From the NCBI RefSeq assembly GCF_009914755.1, contig NC_060935.1: a stretch of 64,000 bases of DNA. One strand, 5' to 3'. Below, piece by piece: positions 13,135-25,900 of the stretch. This DNA is from the human T2T-CHM13v2.0 reference genome, Homo sapiens. The notes under the pieces are model-generated. The model saw nothing but the letters and a program-made list of their open reading frames with translations, ran no database searches and was not told the origin of the DNA. The first letter of the stretch is position 1; each line of letters starts with the position of its first letter. The translations under genes and the position numbers were made by a program.

Positions 13135-14380
13135 CAGAAGAGATAACACAACAGTGTGAGAGACAGTGAGAGAGGTGGTGGTTGGCAGATGGCAAGGCAA
13201 CAGCAAGAGACAACCACGGATGTGCAGAGCAGCAACAAGTGGAGAGAAAATGAAGCAGTCAGTGATTAAGGCTGCAAGAGCTGCATCACTGAGGCTGTAA
13301 CACCAAAGAATTGTTAACACTGCAAGTGCTAAGAGTAGACAAAGGGTCTCAGAGTCATCATCTTTCCTAGCAGGCAGTGGAGTTGGGTGAATGGACAAGC
13401 AGCCATAGTGATGCTGCCTTGTGTGGGACCTGATGCTCTGACCAGCAGGCTGGTGGGTTGCCAGACCTCATGCTGGCCTCTCCCACCACAGCACCTGAGC
13501 CCACCCATGTTGGGAGAACCTGAAGACACTTTCACCTGAGTCCCATGTGGAAGACCAGTCACTGCCATTTTGTCTTTTGTGGATGTGTGTGGGTTCCCTC
13601 TTCTTCCCCCTCCCCTGATAATATTGGATGAGCTAGGGAATGAAAGCCTTCGTCTAAGTGGTCAGTTAAAAGTTCCCCATTGTTTGAGTTCCCCAAAACA
13701 CGTCCTTGTCATCCCTTTCCATGATCCTTTTAATCACTTTTATTGCTCTGCCAGCCATCTTTTTTAGTTCTAAAATATATTTTTTGTTGGCAGTTTCGTT
13801 GCTTTGACTTTCTGTTAACTATATTTGGGCAATTGTATAAGGCAGGACACTTGATTGTGAGAGGTCCCCCATTGTGTTGATTCTGCATTGGTTGGCTCCC
13901 AGATACTCTAGGGTTTGCAGCTTTTGATGTGGGGACCCTCATTGGCTGATACTCGGGTAGTCTGGGTTTTTGGCATTTGGTATTTTTGGCCACCCCTTGT
14001 CACCAGATGCTCTGGGGTTTTCAGCCCTGACATTCCCTCTAGGATTGTGGAGTAGAGGCCCAGCCTAGGGTTATCTTGGTCTTGCCTTTTCTTGTTTTCT
14101 GCCCTGAAATTATCATTTTCTATAATAATATTTTTATTTCTTATTGTAACTTTATATATAATTTTCCTTCTACACTTTACTTAATAAAAAATACTTCTTT
14201 GGTAGTATTTCATTCACTGGTAAACACTTATATTCCATTCTCATGATGCGTTGTTAACTACACTTACACCTTCTGTTCAGGAAGTGAGAATTTAAAAGGG
14301 AAAAGTAGCAAAGGCCCACTTGCTTTCCCTCTCAGTAGATTTACAAAAACTTCTGCGTCCAGTAGAAATTCTTGTCAGAA

Positions 14381-15640
14381 ATGGAGATAATGACAAGCAT
14401 TCCAGTAGACTCTCCACTAGGGTGTCTTTTAGGCTATTGGAGCAAATTCAAATTCAATTTAAAGAAAAAGAAACTCATTTTCTACTGCAACACCTCTTGA
14501 GTTCAATACAAATTTTAAAATGAGCATATCTGACTTAGCCATGTTTCTTTACATTATAATGCTATTTTACAATGAGGCATTGTTTTCTGTAAAAAAGAAG
14601 GAAAATGGGAAAAGATCTATGTTCAGACTTTTGTGGCCCTTTACTGGATCATCTTACTTCCAGGCACAAGAAAGCCATGCCTAAGAAATCCTCTCATAGT
14701 TGCTCCTCCTGGAAGGCCTATGACCTCCTCAGAGTCTCCTCATTCCTCCAATTCCAAGGGGAGTGTCCCACTACTTCTCTAAAGAAGGATTCCATTCCAA
14801 AGTCATCAGGTAACCCTGCACCTTATTTAACAAGCCCCAGCCTATACCCCCCACTGTCCAATAAATTAAATTCAACCAGTACCTGCAGGAGTGAGGCCTC
14901 ATATCAGCCCTTAAAATAAAACCTGTGTTCATTGTAGGGAGGTAGTTGGTGAAAATGAAGTAATACTCAGGTTACATGTTCCATTTTATATACATGATTT
15001 AGTTTTATACAAGGGAAATTTTGCCAGCTTTCAGAGGATCTGGAAAAGCTTACAGAGAAGTTTAAGTTCACTACTTTCTTTAATTTGTCATAACTAGCAA
15101 GTATTGTCATCAGCTTGCTATGCTATGGAAAAAAACAAAGCAGAAGAAAAAGTGAGCAATTATGCCAATCAATTATGACAAGGTTAGAGAAATAATTCAC
15201 ATAAACAACAAAACTCTCACTCCATTTCAGGGTTGCTTGATTAAGACACTCAGGAAATATGCTAATACAGATCTGGACCCCTTGGAAGGGCAAGCTCTCC
15301 TGGGTATACATTTTATTACTCAATCTGCCCCTGACATCAGGAGGAAGCTATGAAAACAGCAGTAGAACCTCAAACTCTCATGAGCCAACTCTTAAACATG
15401 GCCTTTGGGGTTCACAACTACAGGGACAAGGCAGAAGAAGAGGCAAAAAAAAAAAAAAAGAAAAAAAAAGAAATAGCCAAAAAAGTACAATTATTAACAA
15501 TTTATTTAGTTCCTCACCACCTCAAAATTACCCATCCTGAGAAAGTGTTGTGAGATCAACATCTAGAATGTCCAGACAAGAGCCCCAGTTTGCCAGACCA
15601 TGGGCCAGAATTAGGGCCACTGGCAATGAGAACATCTAAG
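14381..15640 (+). pseudogene. Decayed gag (MA, CA, partial NC)
   Basis: From ATG 14381 the frame reads MEIMTSIPVDSPLGCLLGYWSKFKFNLKKKKLIFYCNT*, a gamma-like MA start. ORF 15162..15353 'NYDKVREI...FQGCL...LRKY...HFITQSAPDIRRKL' is the CA C-terminal region. A GHW zinc-knuckle remnant lies near 15615. Many stops and frameshifts. Confidence 0.88.
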
Positions 15641-16167
15641 CCATCCCTGGTGAAAGAGGAAAAGCTTCGCCATCAATATTAGAGATAAACTCTTTCCACT
15701 AGCCCTAATGAGCTACCTTACTCAAATAAGTTTATTGGGGATCTCAGGCCCATGACCTGATAGACAGCTTGCCACAGTGGCACACAAGTGTCTACCTGAA
15801 TATCTTTCTTTGGTGTCTTCACTGCTGTGTGAGCTCTCCAGTCACTCAGGGACTCTGAGTTTTCCCCTTGAGCAATGCCATTCACCCACTTTCTTTTGTA
15901 TTTAATGTTATAGGATCCCCTTCCTGCCTCTTCCTGTCTTCTGTACCTTTCAGGGTAAACAAAATTTGGCCAGGTATACAGGTCACAATTTCATAAATAA
16001 CTTGAATTTAGTTGTTTGGTCACTTTGTTTGATTTTTTTTTAATGTATATACAGGTATTGCAGTGTGTGTTGTGTCTTGCTTGATATCAGTTTAGCTTAT
16101 AAATAAAAAATGCTGATAAATCAAAGAAATGACTAGTCTAAATTTGTTAGTTAAAAAAAATGCTGTG

Positions 16168-16471
16168 GGCTGGGCATAATGGTTCACACCTGTAATCCCA
16201 GCACTTTGAGAGGCCAAGGCAGGTGGATCACCTGAGGTCAGGAGTTCGAGACCAGCCTGACCAACATGGAGAAACCCCGTCTCTACTAAAAATACAAAAT
16301 TAGTGGGGCGTGGTGGCACATGCCTGTAATCACAGCTATTAGGGAGGCTGAGGCAGGAGAATCACTTGAACCTGGGAGGCAGAGGTTGTGGTGAGCCGAG
16401 ATCATGCCATTTCACTCCAGCACGGGCAACAAGAGCGAAACTCTGTCAAACAAACAAACAAACAAACAAAC
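16168..16471 (+). mobile_element. AluSp inserted in the ERV
   Basis: Diagnostics 'gaccaacatggagaaaccccg' and 'ggcaacaagagcgaaact'. (CAAA)n tail. TSD aaaaaaatgctgtg at 16154-16167 and 16472-16485. Confidence 0.95.
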
Positions 16472-17689
16472 AAAAAAATGCTGTGTCTTCTAAAAGTTAA
16501 CTTTAAGATTAGCCACTGGCATTTGTAGCTTTTGAATGGTTAAAATGGCTTTGAACAGTGAGCTTTTCGCTTAGTTACAAATCTTAAAATTATAAAGTTA
16601 TCTTCACCTGCAGAATGCCAATGTCTGGTTGGCAGTTCAGAATTTATTTCTTCCTAGGTTTATAAAAAAAGGAAGTGCTAAATAAACATATTATGTATTG
16701 GGAAAATAATAATTTCTGTCTAATTCAGAAATTATTAAAAGAGAGGTTCAAAATATAATGGAACCAATGAGTAGAACAAAAGAGATGTAAAGAATGTTAC
16801 AGAGAGAAAATATATTTTTTGGCAAGGAAGAGTATAAAAAAGAGTAATATTGTATAAAAAATAATCTTATATGGTAAGTTTTTGTCCTAAAAAAAAAAAT
16901 AGTTGGTTATTTAGGAAAGAGATAATGTAAAACAAGTCATAAAGTCCAAGCATGTTGTAGATGATCTGTGTGGGTTATAATAAGATTCATGAAGGGAAAT
17001 ATATGAAATAAATTTCCGTGATTAAATTTTAGCTGTAATTAAAAGAAAATTATTTATAATAGACTTCCTAAAAATATTCTACCTGTTAAAACCAAATTTT
17101 CTTAAGATATTAATTTGCAAAATTACCAGAAATTTTGCTTTACAATCCTGTAACCTATTTCTTTTAAAAGCTTCTCAGATTCATGTAACTCTCTCCTTTA
17201 GCTTTTTGTCAGCTCCCATGACTTTTTCTCTTCCTGTTCTGACTACCATTATGGCCAGATGCTAAAGTGTTTTTACTTAAAACTCTGTGGGAGCAGTGTT
17301 TTCTCTCAATATAGCCTGATTCTATACTCTGGTCTCTTATTGACATATAATCTTATTTCTGGCTTTTAGTTTTTGACTCATATTGCTTAAAAATAATTTA
17401 AGGGCTAATGAGTATCTGCCCATATCCATTCCTGTCTGGCCTAGAATGTTTAATTAAATATAAGTCTTTTGACACTAAGTCCCTTGGACAAAGGAAATCC
17501 CCCAAATCCCTGAAAAGCTAACTCAAGCCATTACAAAAATCATGGGGTTAGACACACCTATGACTCCTTTAAAATTTAGGCTAGGTTCACAAAGCCCTTC
17601 AAAAATACAAAAATAAAGTATTGCCTTCTCCTAGAAGACTTAATCTTTGTAAAAACTTTAAAGAAAGATTCCCCAAAGATCAATTACAA

Positions 17690-17870
17690 CCAAAATGAAA
17701 GAGCCCTTATTTGCTATTATTAAGTACCCCCACTTCTGTTAATCTTCAGGAAATCACTAGTTGGGTACCCCTGTCCAGGATTAAACCTGTTTTTTATGAG
17801 TTGCAGTCACAAAAGGAGGACACCATGGTCCGCATCTATGAACCTTTGGAAAACTTCTGATATTTATTTT
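17690..17870 (+). pseudogene. pol remnant, integrase C-terminal GPY/F region
   Basis: Translates about PK*KEPLFAIIK / LLSTPTSVNLQEITSWVPLSRIKPV, similar to the 'WKGPY.VLL.TPTAV...GI.SW.H.SR.K' motif. Confidence 0.7.
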
Positions 17871-18058
17871 AAAAAATCAACACTCAGCCAAAAGTGGTAA
17901 TGTGATGGTGTGGATAGTAATAGAAACATCAATTTTTCTCTTCTTCTTGATTATAATGCTTCTTTTCTATCAAATTTGCCAACCACCTCCTCCTGGGAAA
18001 CACCTTTTTTTTTTTCCTTGTGGGATGTAGAGGCCACTCTAAAGCCCATCTGGACACT

Positions 18059-19255
18059 GTGCTGTCACTGTTCATCTTGTTTTCTCTCCCAATTACCCTG
18101 ATCCAGTGTGGGAGGAAACAAAATTCTATAGTAAATATTTCAAAAGTTATAGCACTAGGAAATCATTTTTATGGTCACTAGATTAGTCATTAATATCCCC
18201 AGGACAGAGAGCTTTACCTCCTGGCTTATCTAGAAATTTTCATGGCCATCTCCCCAGACCTCTTAACTAGCAATCCCAAAGTACCCAAACCCCTACTTTT
18301 TAAGTGGAACTCTCCCTTACCTAATGGATTCCATGCAACTCCCCATCCCTGCTACTATTACCTGGAGCTGGGAAGTTGTGTATCTATATCTCCAGTGCAC
18401 TCATGATTCTATCTTTTGCACCCACTTTTGTGTTAATGACAAAAAGGCAGAAGTTTCCCTGTGATGCTCTGATCCATCTCTAGTTGACAAGTTCCCAGGG
18501 CCACAGAGAGGTAAATGGGATTCTACTTGTAATCAAGGACACCATATATAATGGCTTCTCCAAAAACAAAACATACAGGGGAAAAACGACTGCCTAATCT
18601 GGGAAGGTGGGAGTACTGCTCCTTTTTAGAAAACAAAGATTGTTTGGCCACCACCATTTGAGAAGAATATTTCTATAGTTCCAACTTGACACAAAAGGGT
18701 AGACATTATACCCTGTAGGTCCTCTACTTGTGCTCCAACTGGGCTCATTTTTATTTGTGGCTGTGAGTGGGAAAAACACACTCCATAACCATTCCCAACT
18801 CCCCAGGGAGCTAACTGTTATTTTAGGAGTAGTTTTCCCTTGTATATCAAAAATGAGGAACACGGGTGAATGCATACTGGCCACCCTTGCCCCCTAAGGG
18901 GTCACAGTGTAAAACCCAGAAGGGTCCAGCAACACCAGAATTAAGTGAGTAATAGGATTAACTCTGGTGGGAATTGGGGCAGCAACAACACTAGTGGCAC
19001 TCTGGGGTAGCTTTTTCCAACATGAGTCAACACTAAAGAACTTGACTCAAACCCTGGAATCCTTAGCCACCAACACAGGTGGGCACTAAAGGGAATTAAA
19101 TAATCTTTAGACTCTTTGGGAAATGTAGTTCTCAATAACAGACTAGTGTTGAATTATTTACTAGCTAAACAAGATGGAGTCTGTGCAGTTATTAATACAA
19201 CCTTCTGCACATATGTTAACAACTTCAGGCAGGTTGAGGTTAACACTTAAAGATT
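18059..19255 (+). pseudogene. Decayed gamma-type env (signal peptide, SU, partial TM), ERV-V-like
   Basis: Signal-like VLSLFILFSLPITLIQC, then QNSIVNISKVIALGNHFYGH*ISH (degenerate CWIC). Furin site RIK* at 18937-18948. Fusion peptide VIGLTLVGIGAATTLVALWG. ISD LNNRLVLNYLLAKQDGVC from 19131, then CAVINTTFC (degenerate CX6CC). Confidence 0.9.
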
Positions 19256-19449
19256 TTGTTTTTGCTCAAATAATCCCATAGTGAAACTGGGAGGGGGTGT
19301 GTATTTTAACATTCAGTAAAAATTCAGTGGAAAATTGAAATAAAATTTTCTTTGTTTCATTTTTGTATTATTCCCAAAGACTGGATCCTATGGAATTATG
19401 TCCTTCTGTGGAATCCACTGGCTATACTTCTGTCTTTAAAATTGTTTCT

Positions 19450-20215
19450 GACAAAAAAGGCTTTGTGTAGCAATTTTTTTGAGATATAACACATTTGAAT
19501 ATATATGCATTGAATCTTTATATTTAATTAATAATTAGTGCAGATGTAGAATCTGGGTTCAAAATCTTTTACTTTCAATGTTTTAAAATATTAATTCATC
19601 ATCAGAAATATCACTGTTAGGTGTCCACTGTCATTCTGATTTTTATTCTTTTAGATGTGATCTCTCTCTGGGGACTGTTAATAAATGTATTTTCATTTTG
19701 ATGTCTTTAAATTTTACTAAAATATGTCTGGGTGAGGAATTTTTCTTATCTATACTATTTAACTTCTGATGAACATTTTTAGTTTGGGGCCTTTCATTTT
19801 TCCTTATTTCTATAAAATATATAATCATTACTTCTTCAATATTTTTCTTTTTGTCATATGTGTGTGAATTGCACATGTATTTATAAATTCACACATACAT
19901 ATATGTGCATATTACATATACATTTAAGTGTATGTACATGTACAAATGTACATATACACATAGATACATACATATTTATATATGTATTTTTTTCTCCTTT
20001 TCTGAAAATCTTATCATTCAGAAATGGCAACTTCTATTTGTATTTTCTGGGTTTCTTAATTTTTCCCATGCCCTGCCATTTCATTTTTACATCCTGTTAT
20101 CTTTTGGGACAGTTCTCATTTGTACCTTTAAATTCACTAATTCATTCACCACTGTAACCACTCTGCTCTTCATTCCATTTTTGTGTTTTTCATTTTAACT
20201 ATTATATTTATTTAT
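19450..20215 (-). mobile_element. Very old L1M/HAL1-like element, ORF1 region (left part)
   Basis: Minus ORF 19643..19876 contains 'SSPRHILVKFKD', an L1 ORF1 motif. A TA/CA-rich insert lies at 19855-19990. Confidence 0.7.
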
Positions 20216-22762
20216 TTAGCTGTTTATTTTTAATAGGCTTTACTTTTTAGAACAATTTTAGAGTCATATAAAAATTGAGAGAGAAGATAGATTTCCCATA
20301 TACCTTTTTCCCCAACATAGACATAGCCTCCTCCAATAAGAAAATCCCACAGCAGACTGATGCATTTATTACATTAATGAAACTACGTCAATATATCATT
20401 ATCACCCAAAGTCTGTAGCTTACATTAAGGTTCACTTTGGTATAGTACACTCTATGGGTTTGGACAAATGCATAACGACATGCATCCACCATTATACTGT
20501 CATACTGAGGAGACTTTACTGTCATAAAAATCTTCTGTGTTCTACCTATTCATCGCTCCCTCTCCACTAAGTCCTGGTAACCACTGATTTTTTTTTTTTT
20601 TTTTTTTACCAGTCTCTGTAGTTTTTCCTTTTCCAGAATGCCATATAATTGAAATAATATAGCATGTAGCATTTTGCAATTAGCTTGTTTTTTAGTTAGT
20701 AGTATGCACTCAAGATTCCTCCCTGTCTTTTTATAAACTGATACTCGTTTTTTTAGCAATAAATTATATTTCATTGTCTTCATGTACCACAGTTTCCTTA
20801 ACCATTCACATACTGAAAGACGTCTTAGTTGCTTTTAAGTTTTGGCAATCATGAATAAAGCTGCTATAAACATCTGTATGCATGGTTTTGTGTAGACATA
20901 GGTTTTCAGCTGCTTTGGGTAAATATCAAAGAGCATGATTTCTGGATATTATGGTAAAAGTAGCTTTAGATTTATAGGAAACTGCAAAACTGTCTTTCAA
21001 AGTGGCTGTACAATTTTGCATTTCCACCATCAATGAATGAGAGTTTCTGTTTCTCCACATCTTGACAATACTTTCTGTTGTCAGTGTTTTGCATTTTAAC
21101 AATTTTAATAGTTCTGTAGTGGTATCTTATTGTTTTAATTTGCAATTCTTCAACTACATGAGGTAGGGCATCTTTTCATATGTTTACTTGCAATCAATGT
21201 AGGGTCTTTGGTGAGGTCATTTACTAATTTTTAAAAAAATCAGGTTGTTCATTTTGTTATTGTTTAGTTTTATGACATTTTTGTATATTTTAACAGTCCT
21301 TTATCAGATATTCTTTGCAAATATTTTCTCCAAGTCTGTGTCTTGTCTTCTCATTCTCTTGACACTGTCTTTTGCAAAGCAGAAATTTTAAATTTTAATG
21401 AAGTCCAGCCTATCCATTTTTCTTTCACAAATCATATCTTTGTTATGATATCTGAAAGTCACCACCATACCCCAAGTCACCCAGAGATAATGGTCTGTAG
21501 TTTTCTTTACTTGCAATGCCTTTATCTGGTTTTAGTATTAGGGTAATGCTGGTCTCCTAGAACAACTTAGAAAGTATTCTCTCCAGTTCTGTCCTCTGAA
21601 AGAGAAAGTAGAGAATTGGTCCAGTTTATTTAAATGTATGGTAGAATTCACCAGTAAACCCACTGAGCATCATTTTTTCTGTTTGAGAAGGTGATTAATT
21701 ATTGACTAAGTTTATTTAATAGATATAGGCCAATTCAAAATGCTTATTTCTTCTTCTGTGAGTTTTGGAACGTTGTGTATTTCAAGGAAAGGGTTTGTTT
21801 TATCTAGGTAATCAATTTTGTGGGCGTAGAATTGTTCATAATATTCCTTTATTATTTTTTAATATTCATGGGATCTGCAGTGATGTCTCATCTTTCACTT
21901 TTGATGTATAGTTTTTTCATCTTGTTTCTCTTTCTCTCTTTAATTAGCCTGACTAGAGGATTATTGATTTTACTGACCTTTTAAAGAAACAGCTTTAGAT
22001 TTTATTGATTTTTTTCTTTTGATTTTCCATTGCAAATTTCCTTGATTTCAGTTCTAATTATTATTACATTTTTTCTGCTTACTTTGGACTCAATTTGCTG
22101 TACTTTTTCAAGCTTCCTAATTGATTTTAGATCTTTCAATTTTTTTCTAATATGTTATTCAATACTGCAAATTTTTCTCTAATCACTATTTTGATTGAAG
22201 CCCACACATTTGAATGAGTGGTATTTTAATTTTTATGAAGTTCAAAATATTATTTCATTTCCCTGAAGATTTATTTGACCTATATGTTATTTCAATGTAT
22301 ATTGTTTAATCTCAATTTTTTTTATTTTGTGGCTATCTTTCTATTATTGATTTCTAGTGAAATTCCATCATGATCTGCCAGCAGATGTTGTATGATGTCT
22401 GATTTTTAAAAATATGTTAAGGTGTGTTCTACGGCTCAGAATGATGGTTTGATTTGAGCTTGTAAAAAATGTGTAGTCTCCTGCTATCAAATGAATTCAT
22501 GTATAGATGTCAATTATATCTAATAGATTGACAGGGCTGCTGAGCACTTAGTGATTTTCTGCCTGCTAAATTTGTTCATATCTGATAAAGGAGTTTGAAT
22601 TTTCCAACAATAAAAGTGGATTCATATATTTCTCTGCAATGTTCCATGCATTTTTTTCTCATAAATTTTGACACTGTTGTTAAGTGCACACACATTAAAA
22701 ATTATTATGTCTTCTTAAATAATCGAGTCTTTTACTGTTACACAATTTTCCTCTTTATTCTT
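20216..22762 (-). mobile_element. L1MC1-like element, 3' UTR and ORF2 part
   Basis: L1MC1-type 3' end 'atcattatcacccaaagtctgtagcttacattaaggttcactttgg...tctatgggtttggacaaatg', followed by antisense ORF2 with internal deletions. Confidence 0.85.
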
Positions 22763-22989
22763 TTGTGTGTGTGTGTGTACTTTAAATTCTGGGATACAAG
22801 TGCAGAATGTGCAGGTTTGTCACATACATATACCTGTGCCATGGTGGTTTGCTGCAACTATCAACCCATCATCAAGGTTTTAAGCCCCACGTGCATTAGC
22901 TATTTGTCCTAACGTTCTCCCTCCCCTCTCCTGTCACCCCTCAACTGGCTCTTGTTTGTTCCCCTCCCTGTGTCCATGTTTTCCCACTG

Positions 22990-25900
22990 TTTAACACCCA
23001 CTTATGAATGAGAACATGAATTGTTTGGTTTTCTGTTCCTGTGTTAGTTTGCTGAGGATGATGGCTTCCAGCTTCATCCATGTCCCTGAATATGACATGA
23101 TCACATTCCTTTTTATGGCTGCATAGTATTTCATGGTGTATATATACCACATTTTCTTTATTCAGTCTGTTGTTGATGGGCATTTGGGTTGGTTCCATGC
23201 CTTTCCTATTGTAAATAGTGCTGCAATAAATATATGTGTGCATGTATCTTTATAGTAGAATGATTTATATTCCTTTGAGTATATACCTGGTAATGAGATT
23301 GCTGGGCCAAATGGTATTTCTAGACCCCTGAGGGATCACCACACTGTCTTCTACAATGGTTGAACTAATTTACATTCCCACCAAGAGTGTAAAAGCTTTT
23401 GTATTTCTCTACAGCCTCACCAGCATCTATTGTTTCTTGACTTTTTAATAATTGCCATTCTGACTGGCATGAGATGGTGTCTCACTGTGGTTTTGATTTG
23501 CATTTCTCTAATGATCAGTGACGCTGAGCTTTTCTTCATATGTTTGTTGGTCATATAAATGTCTTCTTTTGAAAAGTGTCTGTTCATATCTTTTGTCCAC
23601 TTTTTGATGGTATGGTTTGTTTTTTTCTTGTAAATTTGTTTAAGTTCCTCATAGATTCTGGATATTAGATCTTTGTCAGATGAGTAGATTGCAAAAATTT
23701 TCTCCCATTCTGTAGGTTGCCTGCTTACTCTGACGATAGTTTCTTTTTCTCTGCAGAAGCTCTTTAATTTAATTAGATCTCATTTGTCGATTTTGGCTTT
23801 TGTTGAAATTGCTTTTGGCATTTCCATCATGAAGTCTTTGCCCATGCCTACGTCCTGAATAGTATTGCATAGGTTTTCTTCTAGGGTTTTTATGGTTTGG
23901 GTTTTACATTTAAGTCTTTAATCCATCTTGAGTTAACTTTTGTATAAAGTGTAAGACAAGAGTCCAGTTTCAGTTTTCTGAGTATGGCTAGCCAGTTTTC
24001 CTAGCACCATTTAATAAATAGGGAATCCTTTCCCCATTGCTTGTTTTTGTCCAGTTTGTTGAAGATCAAATGGTTGTAGATGGGGGGTGTTATTTCTGAG
24101 GTCTCTGTCCTGTTCCATTGATCCATATGTGTGTTTTGGTACCAGTACCATGCTGTTTTGGTTACTGTAGCCTTGTAGTATAGTTTGACATCAGGTAGTG
24201 TGATGCCTCCAGCTTTGTTCTTTTTTGCTTAGGATTTTCTTGGCTATACGGGCTCTTTTTTGGTTCCATATGAAATTTAAAGTAGTTTTTTTCTAATTAT
24301 GTGAAGAATGTCAATGGTAATTTAATGAGAGTAGCATTGAATCTATAAATTACTTTGGGCATTATGGCCATTTTCATGATATTGCTTCTTCCTATTCATG
24401 AAGATGGAATGTTTTTCCATTTGTTTGCGTTGTCTCTTATTTCCTTGAGCAGTGGTTTGTAGTTCTCCTTGAAGAGGTCCTTTACATCCCTTGTTAGCTG
24501 TATTCGTAGGTATTTTATTCTCTTTGTAGCAATTATGAATGTAAATTCATTCATGATTTGGCTCTCTGATTGTGTATTGTTGGTGTACAGGAATGCTTGT
24601 GATTTTTGCACATTGATTTTGTGTCCTGAGACTTTGCTGAAGTTGCTTATCATCTTAAGGAGTTTTGGGGCTGACAGCATGGAATTTTCTTAATACAGAA
24701 TCATGTCATTTGCAAACAGAGACAATTTGACATCCTCTTTTCCTATTTGAATACCATTTATTTCTTTCTCTTGCCTGACTTCCCTGGCCAGAACTTCCAA
24801 TACTATGTTGAATAGGAGTGGTGAAAGAGGGTATCCTGTCTTGTACTAGTTTTCAAGGGAATGCTTCCAGCTTTTGTCCTTTCAGTATACTGGCTGAGGG
24901 TTTGTCATAAATAGCTCTTACTATTTTGAGATATGTTCCATCAATACCTAGTTTATTGAGAGGCTTTAACATTAAGGTATGTTGAATTTTATCAAAGGCC
25001 TTATTTGCATCTATTGAGAGGATCACGTGGTTTTTGTCATTGGTTCTCTTTATGTGATGGATTACGTTTATTGATTTGTGTATGTTGAACCATCCTTGCA
25101 TCTCAAGGATGAAGCTGACATGATCATGGTGGATAAGCTTTTTGATGTTCTGCTGGATTTGGTTTGCCAGTATTTTACTGGGGATTTTTGCATCAATGTT
25201 CATCAGGGATATTGGTCTGAAGATTTCTTTTTTTGTTGTGTCTCTGCTAGATTTTGGTACCAGGATGACACTGGCCTCATAAAATGAGTTAGGGAGGAGT
25301 CCCTCATTTTCAATTGCTTGGAATAGTTTTAGAAGGAATGGTACCAGCTCCTCTTTGTACTTCTGGTAGAGTTCATCTGATCTCTGTGAGTTCATCTGAT
25401 CCTGGGCTTTTTTTTGGTTGGTAGGCTATTAATTTCTGTCTCAATTTCAGAACCTGTTATTGGTTTATTCAGGTATTTGACTTCTTCTTGGTTTAGTCTT
25501 GGGAAGGTGTATGTGTCCAGGAACTTATACATTTCTTCTAGATTTTCTAGTTTATTTGCACAGAGGTGTTTATAGTATTTTCTGATGGTAGTTTGTATTT
25601 CTGTGGAGTCAGTGGTGATATCCCCTTTATCATTTTATTGTCTATTTTATTCTTTTTTATTTTCTTATTTATTCGTCTAACTAGTGGTCTATTTTGTTAA
25701 TTTTTTCAAATAACCCGCTCCTGTTTCATTGATTTGTTGAAGGCTTTTTGAGTCTCTATCTCCTTCAGTCCTGCTCTGATCTTAGTTATTTCTTGTCTTC
25801 TGCTAGCTTTTGTATTTGCTTGCTCTTGCTTCTCTAGCTCTTTTAATAGTGCTGTTGGGGTGTCAATTTCAGATCTTTCTGCTTTCTGATGTCAGTATTT

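Larger units (their letters stand above)
13115..19257 (+). mobile_element. ERV1 internal region (MER66-int / MER4-group, ERV-V-related env), defective and 3' truncated
   Basis: PBS, long leader, gag remnants, integrase C-terminal remnant and env SU/TM remnants in proviral order. No RT recognised and no 3' LTR seen. Confidence 0.85.

Noticed and set aside
13895-14035. Short interspersed repeats (gatactctagggtttgcagc / gatgctctggggttttcagc) resembling an array
   Set aside because: They are degenerate and irregular, lie inside the ERV leader where such repeats are usual, and are not CRISPR-like in this primate context.
19856-19900. Imperfect hairpin tgtgtgaatt...aattcacaca
   Set aside because: It sits in a low-complexity TA/CA tract where self-complementarity is expected.
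25369-25401. 14-bp duplication gagttcatctgatc in L1 ORF2
   Set aside because: It is a local mutation in a dead element and only explains the odd start of ORF 24853..25395.
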